From sequence record PQ741806.1: DNA of 64,000 nucleotides. One strand, 5' to 3'. Positions within the stretch are counted from its first letter, which is position 1; every line of letters begins with the position of its first letter. The translations under genes and the position numbers were made by a program. Of this stretch, positions 28,853 through 38,287 are shown in pieces. Under the pieces are notes generated by a model. It was not told the origin of the DNA. It worked only from the letters and a program-made list of their open reading frames with translations, and did no database searches.

Positions 28853-30768
28853 TACTTTGGGTTCTTATAGGTATTAATAAACTTCTCTAGCAGGGTGTCC
28901 ATTTTAGGAGCACCCATGATCTTCTGTGTGATTTCAATAGCATTAACCCTACCACCTGTTAAGTTTACGCCAACTTCACGGCGATGGTGTTCACTAATTC
29001 CTTCCATCATTGAGAATTCCATCACACATGTTTCACGTGCAATATTTAGAATCTGACTAACGTTAGGATATGTCGACACGATGTCAAGGTCGGCGATATG
29101 ACAGAAGATTAAGGTTTTATAATTCGGTAAATCTTTAACACACTGCAATCCATTTGGACCTGCCATGTATGATGGTAGTGTAACAATCCAATCATTATGG
29201 CCAATAACATATTGATCAAGTTCATGCACCATCTGATCTGAACTTGAACCAATGACACATGGCTCTGGTCTATTCAAATACCAGAAGTGCATATCGTCAC
29301 ATAGTCGTTTTGGGTTAGAACTAAAGTTCTTATAGTCAGATGCCTTAGAGAATAGACTTATAGAGCGACCAAGGTCATTTACTTGTTCATCAAGTTGTTC
29401 TAGTCGAATGGAGTCGATGATGTTATAAAGACCATATTTGATTTTATGCTTAGTCTGCATCTCACGGTGCCAATCGATACCACCAAGATGTGCAGTTTCT
29501 TTAAAGGTTAACTTACCAAATTCCATTACATATCTAATAGAATCACCATAGGTAAAGTTATCATTTAATATAAAATCATCCACCGGTACCCATTCATTAC
29601 TACCTACATTTTTAATATATTTAGTAATAACGCCGCCTGGTCGGTCAACTAGTTGTTTATTAAAACCTTCAATAAAATCTTCTAAGTCCTTATCATTTTT
29701 AATGGTCGTGGATTTATCGATGTTTAGTTCTTTTCTAAGAATAGACTCTAACCGATAGTTAGGATCACGTCCTTTAGCTAATCGAGTTACTCGATAAGTT
29801 GACATAGAATCGATACATTGAAAACTAGAGGGTGCTGTAATCCAATGCCATTGATCCTCCGGTCCTTTAGATTTAGTGACCCCAGATGCAGTGGTGGTCA
29901 TAGGTTCATCAATCTTAAAATGGAAATACCTATAATTCTTAGGTACCGATGGATCAGAAAAAACATCAGCTGGATTAACACCATAGTGTTCTAATGTTTT
30001 TAAGATTCTACCAATGTCGAAGCTAATATTCCAGAATGCGAAGAAATCTGGTTTCCAGGTATGTAGTCGTTTAAAACATTCAATAATAATATCTACTGGT
30101 GTTTCAACAACCATTACTTCAATATCTAGACCACGTTCTTTAATTAGATGTGATAATACCTCTTCTTTTTGTGCTTGTTCTAATGTCTCTTTCACTGGAT
30201 CTTCAATATCACTAACCCATCGTTTTAAATAGGCTAAGAAAGCTTTGTTCTTATGTGTAACTGACATACAGATAATCTGACCATCGTTCTCAGCTTCATA
30301 AACGTTGGTTTCGATGTCACCGCCAGCAACAGTGTTTAGAGAGATTAGACCAGGATAACGTTCTTGATAATCATGCTTCAGATAACAGGTTGAACTAACA
30401 TCACTGCCATATAGGTAAGGACTACGCGCTAGTTGACGAAGAGATCTAGCCGAATAGTCACCTAGGATTTTACTAATCTTACGTTTCATGTCAATTTGAG
30501 TTGACATGTATTTAACTAAGTTACGCTCATATTCGTAATCTTTCTTTTCTTTATGGTTACGCATTCCTTTTGAGGTAATCCAAAAAGGACGCTGGTAGTT
30601 TTCCCACATCCTTAAATTATTTGCAGTTGTACCATCTTCAAAATGAATTCGTTCTTTAACGAAATGCGCATCTGTAAACTTACCAAATTGATCAGTACAA
30701 TAAGTAATATGTTTGGCTTCAATGCCCTTAATCTTTTTCTTATTTGTAACCTGTTGTTCATTAGACAT
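28852..30768 (-). CDS. B-family DNA polymerase, 3'-5' exonuclease plus motif-A part of the split enzyme (gp82-like)
   Basis: ExoI DIET, ExoII FWNISFD, ExoIII YNIID, polymerase motif A DLDIVSTYP. Confidence 0.8.
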   Translation of the reverse strand: MSNEQQVTNKKKIKGIEAKHITYCTDQFGKFTDAHFVKERIHFEDGTTANNLRMWENYQRPFWITSKGMRNHKEKKDYEYERNLVKYMSTQIDMKRKISKILGDYSARSLRQLARSPYLYGSDVSSTCYLKHDYQERYPGLISLNTVAGGDIETNVYEAENDGQIICMSVTHKNKAFLAYLKRWVSDIEDPVKETLEQAQKEEVLSHLIKERGLDIEVMVVETPVDIIIECFKRLHTWKPDFFAFWNISFDIGRILKTLEHYGVNPADVFSDPSVPKNYRYFHFKIDEPMTTTASGVTKSKGPEDQWHWITAPSSFQCIDSMSTYRVTRLAKGRDPNYRLESILRKELNIDKSTTIKNDKDLEDFIEGFNKQLVDRPGGVITKYIKNVGSNEWVPVDDFILNDNFTYGDSIRYVMEFGKLTFKETAHLGGIDWHREMQTKHKIKYGLYNIIDSIRLEQLDEQVNDLGRSISLFSKASDYKNFSSNPKRLCDDMHFWYLNRPEPCVIGSSSDQMVHELDQYVIGHNDWIVTLPSYMAGPNGLQCVKDLPNYKTLIFCHIADLDIVSTYPNVSQILNIARETCVMEFSMMEGISEHHRREVGVNLTGGRVNAIEITQKIMGAPKMDTLLEKFINTYKNPK

Positions 30769-30844
30769 TGCTATAACCTCAGCACATATTGATATTTATC
30801 TACGTACTATATTAGTGCCTAGTAAAAGTAATAATCAGCATAAA

Positions 30845-30862
30845 GCCTCCCCTAGGGGAGGC
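30845..30862. terminator. Terminator hairpin GCCTCCCC-TA-GGGGAGGC
   Basis: Palindrome sharing the core CTCCCCTAGGGGAG with 23744-23775. Confidence 0.8.
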
Positions 30863-30869
30863 GATATGT

Positions 30870-32291
30870 TTACATACCAGCTTTCTGCCGGAAGAAGTGT
30901 AGAACGAGTTGCCGTTTACCTTCAGGGATGAAACGTGCAAGATAGTTAATATCTACCTGATAAAGCGCATCTGATACATCACTAGTAAATAGGCAGAATA
31001 GAGTAAGAAGATTAATGTGTGCTTCTTGACGGTTATTCTGAGTAGGTAGAGTAGCAACAAAGCGAAGTGCGTTAGATTCACTAAATAGGGTATTACGATT
31101 TTTCTTAACGAAATCAAAGATAATATCCATGCCTGATTTAAAGCCTTCAATATCTTCGATTGTCATTACGTAGTTGAATACATCATCTAGTTTCTTTTGT
31201 GCATCTCCACCACGTTCGATAGTGATATAGTCACCAGGTTTAGCACCAGTGGCAAACTGCTCTAGACGAGATTCGATAAATACTTGGTTCATTTTGGTCA
31301 TACCTTTACGAAGTACAGGTTCATTAGATGTTGATTCACTATTCAAGATTTTAACTTCCCCGGTTGGTTTAATATCATCTTTACCAGAGAATACTTTCCA
31401 TTGTTCAACAATAGTTTCAATATCTTGACTAGTGGTAGGTAAGAATAAACGATCGCGTAACTCAATAGCAATTTTAAAATCTTTTATCAAATTACTATTT
31501 TTAATAAGTCCTTCAGCCCAGTCTTCAAGCTCTGCTGTCGTCCAATCGGTAGGTGGAGCATTATCACGAATAACACTATTAACCCAACTACCACGTAGTG
31601 TTTTTGGTGGAGTAATACCTTGTTTAACAAAATCAACCACTTCTTGGGTAGACCAATCTAGTGGAATATCACTAGTGTGAACACGCAGTTGCTTGACTAA
31701 TTCTTCAAGCTTGATACTGTCTTCAGTATTGCGAATATCTTGTTTCAGAGTATCTTCATTAACTACCAGTACAATTACTTCCTCAGTAGTCTCATTCTCT
31801 TTAGCCCGTTTAGTTAAAATATCATCAGCAATATCGGCAATATCATTAACTACACCAGTTAGACGATGGTTAGCAGCATCGATTAGTTCATCATCTGACC
31901 ATTCATCATAAGGACGATATTTACGGGTTGGGTCAAATACAAAGCTACCGAGTTCAGTTTTACCTTTAGCAATGCCATCATTGGTAAACCATTCAATGAC
32001 ATTTTCATCTGTCCATGTTTCAGGAATATCGAAGTCAGTACGTAGTGCATTTACATTAACTTCAGCTAATTCTGAGGTATCGTTATCTGTATTAACTGAA
32101 GAATTAATATCATCTGCTGTAGCATATACTTCCTCAGGAGATACTAATTCAATATTTGTTAATCCTCGACCAATTTCAGAAGTTGGCTTATCTTCAGTTG
32201 CTTCTGATAAAACTTCGTCTTTGACAATGGGTTTTTCAGGTAAACGATTGAGTTGAGGAAACTTTCCAAATCGTTGATTCTTTTTAGACAT
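30870..32291 (-). CDS. Conserved hypothetical protein (gp81-like)
   Basis: 473-aa ORF; AGGA RBS; two internal approximately 55-aa Trp-containing repeats. Confidence 0.7.
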   Translation of the reverse strand: MSKKNQRFGKFPQLNRLPEKPIVKDEVLSEATEDKPTSEIGRGLTNIELVSPEEVYATADDINSSVNTDNDTSELAEVNVNALRTDFDIPETWTDENVIEWFTNDGIAKGKTELGSFVFDPTRKYRPYDEWSDDELIDAANHRLTGVVNDIADIADDILTKRAKENETTEEVIVLVVNEDTLKQDIRNTEDSIKLEELVKQLRVHTSDIPLDWSTQEVVDFVKQGITPPKTLRGSWVNSVIRDNAPPTDWTTAELEDWAEGLIKNSNLIKDFKIAIELRDRLFLPTTSQDIETIVEQWKVFSGKDDIKPTGEVKILNSESTSNEPVLRKGMTKMNQVFIESRLEQFATGAKPGDYITIERGGDAQKKLDDVFNYVMTIEDIEGFKSGMDIIFDFVKKNRNTLFSESNALRFVATLPTQNNRQEAHINLLTLFCLFTSDVSDALYQVDINYLARFIPEGKRQLVLHFFRQKAGM

Positions 32292-32353
32292 TACTAGTTC
32301 CTTTCGGGTTATAATCTAAATAATGGAGAAGCTGAGTAACTTCTCCATCTATT

Positions 32354-33712
32354 TTAACTGATGCGATCGCGATAAGACCATTTAACAGTCTTAAGAACAG
32401 CACTGTGCATTTTAGACATGAAGATGGATAGGAATCGACCACCTACACCTGCTGCCGCTGCCGGTATGCCATTGGGGTTCTCTGACATTTGTTTACCCAT
32501 ACAGACAGCGCATACGTTCTTACCTCTACCTATTACACCATTAGCTGGATCACCACCGGCCTTACATGTCATTGGACCACGTAGTTCAATCTCAGTGCCA
32601 ACTAGTTCATCAATATTAGTTTCTTCAATAAGGATAGATTTCCCATTCTTAACATAAGACAAGCCAATGAAATCTTTCTTATTAAATTGATGAACAGTGG
32701 TTGGAATACCTATCCATGTGTTGCAGTCTTCCATAATAATCCTGACTGTACCAACCATTCGATAAATCGTTTTAGTTGACTCACCGCCAAGGGCTGTTTG
32801 TGCACCACGGTTATATGAGCCATAACGTAATGAGTTATTCATTACTGGCATATGGTCAGTGTCAATGCCTTCTTCCAATGATTTACCGATATATTCAACC
32901 GATGTACCATCTTGGAATGGTGCTTCCCCACCAAACATACCAAATACTTTCTTACGCACGCCACCAAATAATTTACTATGTTTAGTGTCATAGAACTCAT
33001 AAGAAGGATCGTCTTTTAGATAGTCCTCATCTAGCTTGATTAACGCATTACCCATTTCTGCAATAACAGCCGGATCATCTAACCGATCTTTATATTTCTC
33101 TTCTAGTTCTTTGCGTAACTTATCTCTGTCTGGTGCAGAGGTCATTGATTTCTCAGTAATGGATGTTACCAAGGTACTAGCATATGCTGGCAATGCTAAA
33201 CAATGATCTGCAAACATCCGATATTGCCATACATATAACTTACCATCAGTTGCACGCGGTGGATTATCATCATCAATTGGATCATCGATCATGCGGTTAA
33301 GAATTTCTTTCTCAACTTTACCAATATCGAAATAACCAGATTGGAATGGGAACAGATCACCGAAAGGTAAACATAATACTAAATGGTTAACAAAAACGTT
33401 ACCATAAGTTGTTCTTAATGCACCTGGTCCTTTATAGTTTTCAATTTCACCAGGTTGTAAAATGAATTCATCTCGAAATGCTAATGGTTGTTTACCTTCA
33501 ATATAATCGTCGATATAAACAACTTCATCATTAGAATCGCCTTCTTTATAGAAGAACATTTTACCATCTTTGAAATATGGCTTGTATAGATATTCACCAC
33601 CATCATTTGGGTTATAAACGATATTAAATAAAACGTTAACCCATGCTCGTTTCTTATCTAATCCAGCATTGATACCCATTAGAAAATAATCACGTAATTT
33701 CATTAGTATCAC
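32354..33712 (-). CDS. Virion RNA polymerase beta-prime-like subunit (gp80)
   Basis: Bridge-helix-like RGAQTALGGESTK; Zn-site elements EDC, RGPMTC, CAVCMG. Confidence 0.85.
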   Translation of the reverse strand: MILMKLRDYFLMGINAGLDKKRAWVNVLFNIVYNPNDGGEYLYKPYFKDGKMFFYKEGDSNDEVVYIDDYIEGKQPLAFRDEFILQPGEIENYKGPGALRTTYGNVFVNHLVLCLPFGDLFPFQSGYFDIGKVEKEILNRMIDDPIDDDNPPRATDGKLYVWQYRMFADHCLALPAYASTLVTSITEKSMTSAPDRDKLRKELEEKYKDRLDDPAVIAEMGNALIKLDEDYLKDDPSYEFYDTKHSKLFGGVRKKVFGMFGGEAPFQDGTSVEYIGKSLEEGIDTDHMPVMNNSLRYGSYNRGAQTALGGESTKTIYRMVGTVRIIMEDCNTWIGIPTTVHQFNKKDFIGLSYVKNGKSILIEETNIDELVGTEIELRGPMTCKAGGDPANGVIGRGKNVCAVCMGKQMSENPNGIPAAAAGVGGRFLSIFMSKMHSAVLKTVKWSYRDRIS

Positions 33713-34580
33713 CTATGCTATTTAAAATCTTTTTAGCTTCATTTTCCATAATAGATCGTTCAATATTGTTAGATGTGAAATCATCTATAATACCCATTAC
33801 CGTTCTACTAATTTCATTCTGTTCAGTATTTGAAATTAATACCAATCCGACAATTTCTTTAGCAACTTCAATAGGCGTCATAGCATCTAATGGGCCAAAT
33901 GAAATTTGTAATAGGTCATCAATATTCCTTTTACCAACACGTAATCCTGCATTAACTAGTTCCATAGCTAACTTAAATGATGCGCGCGTATGAATACGAA
34001 TAAGGCGATTAATTAAATTAATCCGTTCAACATTACTTACATTGCCATATGCTTGACCACGGGTAGTAAGTACTGACTGAATAAATGATGTAATATTACT
34101 AATAAGTGTTGGCGATACACTTTCAATTAAGTCAATGATATTTAAGAAATCTACACTTGTATCAATAAGTTCTACCAGATGCGCTAATGTCTCTTCGGGT
34201 GAATATTCAGCTAACAGAATATCATTCACTTCATCTGGAATAATGTAATCTTCTAAACTAAGGAGTGTATTAACAACAGCTTGCCGCTCAGCCTGAGTTG
34301 CTTCATCACTAATTTTAATAAGATGCTCATTTAGAATTTCATCTTGTGCAATGCGAATGATATCATCAATGCGAGAAAGAAGCATTGCATTATCTGAGAT
34401 ACCTGATTGAATCTGACATACTGTATTTAGTTCATCTAGAGCTGCAACATAATTAATCTTTTCAAAAGATGCTACGCAGTCTAGGATAACTTCTTTACGC
34501 TCTTCATGTATAAGAGGCGTAAGATAACTATCAATGAAATCTTTCATGACGATATCCTTTTTATACGGAATTATTAACAT
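33690..34580 (-). CDS. Conserved hypothetical/virion protein (gp79-like)
   Basis: ORF track; the true start may be the second Met (34547). Confidence 0.65.
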   Translation of the reverse strand: MLIIPYKKDIVMKDFIDSYLTPLIHEERKEVILDCVASFEKINYVAALDELNTVCQIQSGISDNAMLLSRIDDIIRIAQDEILNEHLIKISDEATQAERQAVVNTLLSLEDYIIPDEVNDILLAEYSPEETLAHLVELIDTSVDFLNIIDLIESVSPTLISNITSFIQSVLTTRGQAYGNVSNVERINLINRLIRIHTRASFKLAMELVNAGLRVGKRNIDDLLQISFGPLDAMTPIEVAKEIVGLVLISNTEQNEISRTVMGIIDDFTSNNIERSIMENEAKKILNSIGDTNEIT

Positions 34581-34717
34581 AGGGTTGGACAGATAGTTAT
34601 TCTTTAATATAGTGTAAAATTACCAAATGTGTTAAATATATGTTGAACTAATCATTTTTTCATTTGTCAATTTATATTGGCAAATATTAAATTAAGCCTC
34701 TATCGGAGTATAACAAG

Positions 34718-35212
34718 ATGTCAAATAAAGCTAAAGAACCAACTCTAACTAAAGAACAGGAAAAGACTCTACGTCTATTTGAACGTGCAGTTGGAGCATC
34801 AGCTGCCGCAGCTGATCATATTCTTAACCGTGATGGTTGGGATGTTGTCAATGTACTAGCAGGTTCCGTAGGTAAACGTATTCTACAAACTGAAGTATTC
34901 ATTAATCCAGTTATCAATAAGATCAATGAAATCATTCCGACGTTATCTGATCCTACTGGATTCCAAAAGAACCTACAAACAGTTATTGCTGACCTTAATC
35001 GACTAACTAAAATTATCAGTGTCCTATATGCACAACATCAAGGTAAGGCTGGTCCAGCAAATAATGAAGATGAACTAAAACTCATCAGTGAACTTGTTAC
35101 TAAATACACTGGTATTGAAGGTGCTATTGAACGCGGTATTGATGGTGTAATCCTAGCGATGATCGGCACTCTTCGAGAAGCTGGTTGGGACGAAAAACTA
35201 ATTCAACAATAA
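34718..35212 (+). CDS. Conserved hypothetical protein (gp78-like)
   Basis: GGAG RBS; first gene of a divergent unit. Confidence 0.7.
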   Translation: MSNKAKEPTLTKEQEKTLRLFERAVGASAAAADHILNRDGWDVVNVLAGSVGKRILQTEVFINPVINKINEIIPTLSDPTGFQKNLQTVIADLNRLTKIISVLYAQHQGKAGPANNEDELKLISELVTKYTGIEGAIERGIDGVILAMIGTLREAGWDEKLIQQ

Positions 35213-35223
35213 TGGAGTTTTAA

Positions 35224-36825
35224 ATGGCTACTGCTGACTTCGATAATGAGTACGATGATACTCCAGAAGAGAATTTACTAGATCAAATTGATGAGATCAA
35301 TGCGCAACACGATCCTGACTCTAGTATTGAAAATAATGACGAGGTGGAAACTCCACCTTTCGTTCCTGATCAAAAAGAAATTAAACTACGTATTCCACGT
35401 AATGCTAAAACTGGAAATATCCGGGATGCTTCTGAACCGGCTATTAAAGATAGTGCTAGCATTCTTACTTTACTACGTGAGAATCCCCAGACTGTTTATA
35501 ATTTCCTGGATCACAATAAAGAACTATTTAAAGCATTTGCTGATAATAAAGTAGATGACACTAGTGACGGTGTAAAGTGGACAGCTGCTATTCTGGAAGG
35601 CTTAGCTCACTCTATTGTTGAAGATGCACCAATCGGTGCAACTGCCCGAGAAGGTTCTGAATGGTCTAGTGAAATTCCTTATGGTGAAAAGATCATTCGA
35701 CCTGGCCGACCTGTATTTAATACCAATGGTCGTAAAATGACCGATGATGAAACTCTAGTTTTCCTAACACGTAAAGCTAACATCGGTACGCCATATGATA
35801 CTTTCCTACCTCATTCAGGTATTTGGGTAAAACTACGTGCACCTACTGGTACTGAAGTAGCTGCCCTACAAGCACGTCTAGCACAATTAAAGATCCGGCT
35901 AGGCGCTGAATCAAAAGGTATGCTGTTCTCAAACATGGCAGCTGTGTTACTTAACATGGTTAGTAGTTTAGCACTTGCATGTGTTATTCAATCCAACTAT
36001 AAGTTCAACACCCCAACTGATCTAGAGCATGTTATCTCAGTAGCTGATGAGCCGTTCTTGCATCACGCACTAGCGGCGACTATGTATCCAGATGGATTTA
36101 ATTATAGTTATCCATGCATTGCAGATGCCAATACATGTAACCATATTGAAACAGCGAAACTTAATATGTCAACGCTTGTTCAATATGATCTACTGGCATT
36201 CTCAGAAGAACAAAAGAAATATATTGCACGTAAGTTTAATGCATGTACTGAATCTGATCTTAAGACTTATAAAGAAGGATTCCGTATTGAAACTCAAGTA
36301 ACTGAAATGTTTGGTGACGTTGGTGTTGTTCTTGAGATGTGTACAATTGCTGATCGCCGAGAGTCTGGTGATAGTTGGATTAACTCAATTATCGATATGA
36401 CTCAAGGTAGTTTTAATGAACCAGTCGATGGTCCGCAACGTTCTCAGTATATTGCACGTTTACAAAAGATCTCTATTGCCCGTCAGTTCTCACATTTTGT
36501 TAAAGAAATTAAAGTACGTGAAGATGACGATGGTGAAAGTTCTGAAGACAATATTCGTACTGCAACCACTAATCGTGAAACTATTGAAAAGTTCTTAACT
36601 AATATTCTATCCACACCGGAATATAATGACCGCTTTATTAATGCGGTGAGTAACTTCATTGATTCACAACTAATTGGAATGATTGCAATTACAAGTTGGA
36701 ATTGTCCAGTATGTGAGTCACCTGCTGCTACTAAATTTAAAGAACGTTTCCCACACTTAATCCCTATTGACATGCTGTCAACTTTTTTTACTTTGGCGGC
36801 CTCGAAGTCAAACCGGATGGTGTAG
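35224..36825 (+). CDS. Baseplate hub/tail assembly chaperone-like protein (gp77-like)
   Basis: GGAG RBS; C-terminal CPVC Zn motif followed by ...STFF encoded on a T7 run, as in T4 gp26/gp51-type chaperones. Confidence 0.65.
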   Translation: MATADFDNEYDDTPEENLLDQIDEINAQHDPDSSIENNDEVETPPFVPDQKEIKLRIPRNAKTGNIRDASEPAIKDSASILTLLRENPQTVYNFLDHNKELFKAFADNKVDDTSDGVKWTAAILEGLAHSIVEDAPIGATAREGSEWSSEIPYGEKIIRPGRPVFNTNGRKMTDDETLVFLTRKANIGTPYDTFLPHSGIWVKLRAPTGTEVAALQARLAQLKIRLGAESKGMLFSNMAAVLLNMVSSLALACVIQSNYKFNTPTDLEHVISVADEPFLHHALAATMYPDGFNYSYPCIADANTCNHIETAKLNMSTLVQYDLLAFSEEQKKYIARKFNACTESDLKTYKEGFRIETQVTEMFGDVGVVLEMCTIADRRESGDSWINSIIDMTQGSFNEPVDGPQRSQYIARLQKISIARQFSHFVKEIKVREDDDGESSEDNIRTATTNRETIEKFLTNILSTPEYNDRFINAVSNFIDSQLIGMIAITSWNCPVCESPAATKFKERFPHLIPIDMLSTFFTLAASKSNRMV

Positions 36826-37286
36826 TTAATGATCTGAGATATAGTCGTCTTGAGGCCACTTTCAAGGAAGATAGTGGTCACATCCTACATCCAAACTTTG
36901 GTTATGATAAGTTAACTGAAGATGATACACACTTAGATAGACTATTATCGACAGTAGGGGCAGTAAGACCGTCTACAGCAGCACGTTTAACAAGAGAAGC
37001 ATATCTACTTGATTACGATATCGGTTCACCAGAAAACGGACCCATGTGGTTAAATAAGGTAAATCCTAAAGAGGACTTTATCGAAGGTGGGTTGAGAAGG
37101 AGACTGACTAGAGATTTCTTCAAGTATAAAGTAGGTAGCTTATCTAATATGTCATTAACTGAATTCTTTGAATTAGCTTATTCTGAGGTAGAATACATAA
37201 TTGAATTATGTAGAAATATTACCCATAATGAAGCTGTTAATAACAATAACCAGTTAAATGAATTAAACAAGCCGTTAACTAAATAA
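36789..37286 (+). CDS. gp76-like reading frame, open from 36771; probably translated as a -1 frameshift extension of gp77
   Basis: No stop and no ATG/GTG/TTG in frame between 36771 and ATG 37044; slippery T_TTT_TTT at 36783-36789. Confidence 0.7.
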   Translation, partial: YFGGLEVKPDGVVNDLRYSRLEATFKEDSGHILHPNFGYDKLTEDDTHLDRLLSTVGAVRPSTAARLTREAYLLDYDIGSPENGPMWLNKVNPKEDFIEGGLRRRLTRDFFKYKVGSLSNMSLTEFFELAYSEVEYIIELCRNITHNEAVNNNNQLNELNKPLTK

Positions 37287-37303
37287 AAAAAAATAAAGAC
37301 AGG

Positions 37304-37325
37304 CCCCTCTCCACATGGAGAGGGG
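37304..37325. terminator. Bidirectional terminator CCCCTCTCCA-CA-TGGAGAGGGG
   Basis: Strong stem; long U tract on the minus strand, TTTATG on the plus strand. Confidence 0.85.
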
Positions 37326-37336
37326 TTTATGTCGCC

Positions 37337-37480
37337 TTACTTACGTGCAAAGCTAGCTACAAGACCTTTGATAGCTAGAGCGACCATCCAGGCCGTTAAC
37401 CCCTTCATTGGGCGGATATCAACCCGTTCTTCGATATCCAGATTGCCCTCACTATTGATTACCTCAATTCGTACTTGCAT
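37337..37480 (-). CDS. Unannotated 47-aa protein MQVRIEVINSEGNLDIEERVDIRPMKGLTAWMVALAIKGLVASFARK
   Basis: Manual translation; AAGGAG RBS; ends at the terminator. Confidence 0.75.
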   Translation of the reverse strand: MQVRIEVINSEGNLDIEERVDIRPMKGLTAWMVALAIKGLVASFARK

Positions 37481-37539
37481 GGTCTACTCCTTATCAGGGT
37501 GGGATATGATATTCAAAAGTCTTTTGATATAAAGATGGC

Positions 37540-37572
37540 ATATTACCCCACCAATAAAAGGCGGGGTAATAT
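37540..37572. terminator. Terminator hairpin ATATTACCCCACC-AATAAAA-GGCGGGGTAATAT
   Basis: Long inverted repeat after the small membrane ORF cluster. Confidence 0.75.
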
Positions 37573-37575
37573 TTA

Positions 37576-37770
37576 TTAAACCATCAGATATCCTAATGGG
37601 AATAAAGCAAAGAAGCCATATAAAACAACAAGCAGTGTCTTTTGGCGAACATACCGGGATTTAATACTATCTTTATCTAAGTCAAACTTGACATAAAGAT
37701 AAATCTGATAACTTTTATATCCCATACTAGCCACAAGGGCTATTACTATAAGTTGACACAAAAAGACCAT
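37576..37770 (-). CDS. Small two-TM membrane protein (64 aa)
   Basis: Two hydrophobic segments; co-oriented in the early operon; weak RBS. Confidence 0.6.
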   Translation of the reverse strand: MVFLCQLIVIALVASMGYKSYQIYLYVKFDLDKDSIKSRYVRQKTLLVVLYGFFALFPLGYLMV

Positions 37771-37825
37771 AGTGGGATGCTCTTATTATTAGAGAACAAT
37801 GATCAATTGTTCTTACATAGCATGT

Positions 37826-38017
37826 CTATTTAATATGCATGATTATCATATTAAATAACCACAACCCTAACATAAGGGTAAACATACTGCAAATCAAGCC
37901 ACTTACAATCATTGCTTTTTGTTTGATTGTTTTAGCAGCAGCAAGAAATATAATTGAAGTTATTAATCCACTAAATGCAATTAATAGTGGTACTAAAAAT
38001 AACAATACCCGAGCCAT
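37826..38017 (-). CDS. Small two-TM membrane protein (63 aa)
   Basis: GAGGTG RBS; two hydrophobic helices around a basic loop. Confidence 0.7.
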   Translation of the reverse strand: MARVLLFLVPLLIAFSGLITSIIFLAAAKTIKQKAMIVSGLICSMFTLMLGLWLFNMIIMHIK

Positions 38018-38029
38018 ATAGACACCTCA

Positions 38030-38287
38030 TCAAAATAGATAAGTTGTACATGTCAGTGAATAGTTAGTCCAGCAACTAACAATAGTACTTACCCATATGG
38101 TAACTAATACAATGCTTACGGAGAGAAAAAGCATAGCGTACTGGCATGCACTTTTATTAAAGATATCTTTAAACTCAAGATATGTTTTAATAATAAATAT
38201 CAGCATGCATGTTAGAAGAATATCAACTAAGATCAAAGTACTGACTAGAAGCCATGTTGCACCAAAGATCTGATCAACTGTATACAT
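38030..38287 (-). CDS. Small two-TM membrane protein (85 aa; start moved to 38287)
   Basis: GGGAG RBS and TAATG overlap at 38287; two hydrophobic helices. Confidence 0.7.
   Translation of the reverse strand: MYTVDQIFGATWLLVSTLILVDILLTCMLIFIIKTYLEFKDIFNKSACQYAMLFLSVSIVLVTIWVSTIVSCWTNYSLTCTTYLF

Noticed and set aside
28675-28890. 71-aa plus-strand ORF
   Set aside because: Antisense to the better-supported hidden minus-strand ORF and lies beyond the plus-strand terminator
37329-37532. 67-aa plus-strand ORF
   Set aside because: Starts in the terminator flank TTATG, has no RBS, and is antisense to a 47-aa ORF with AAGGAG
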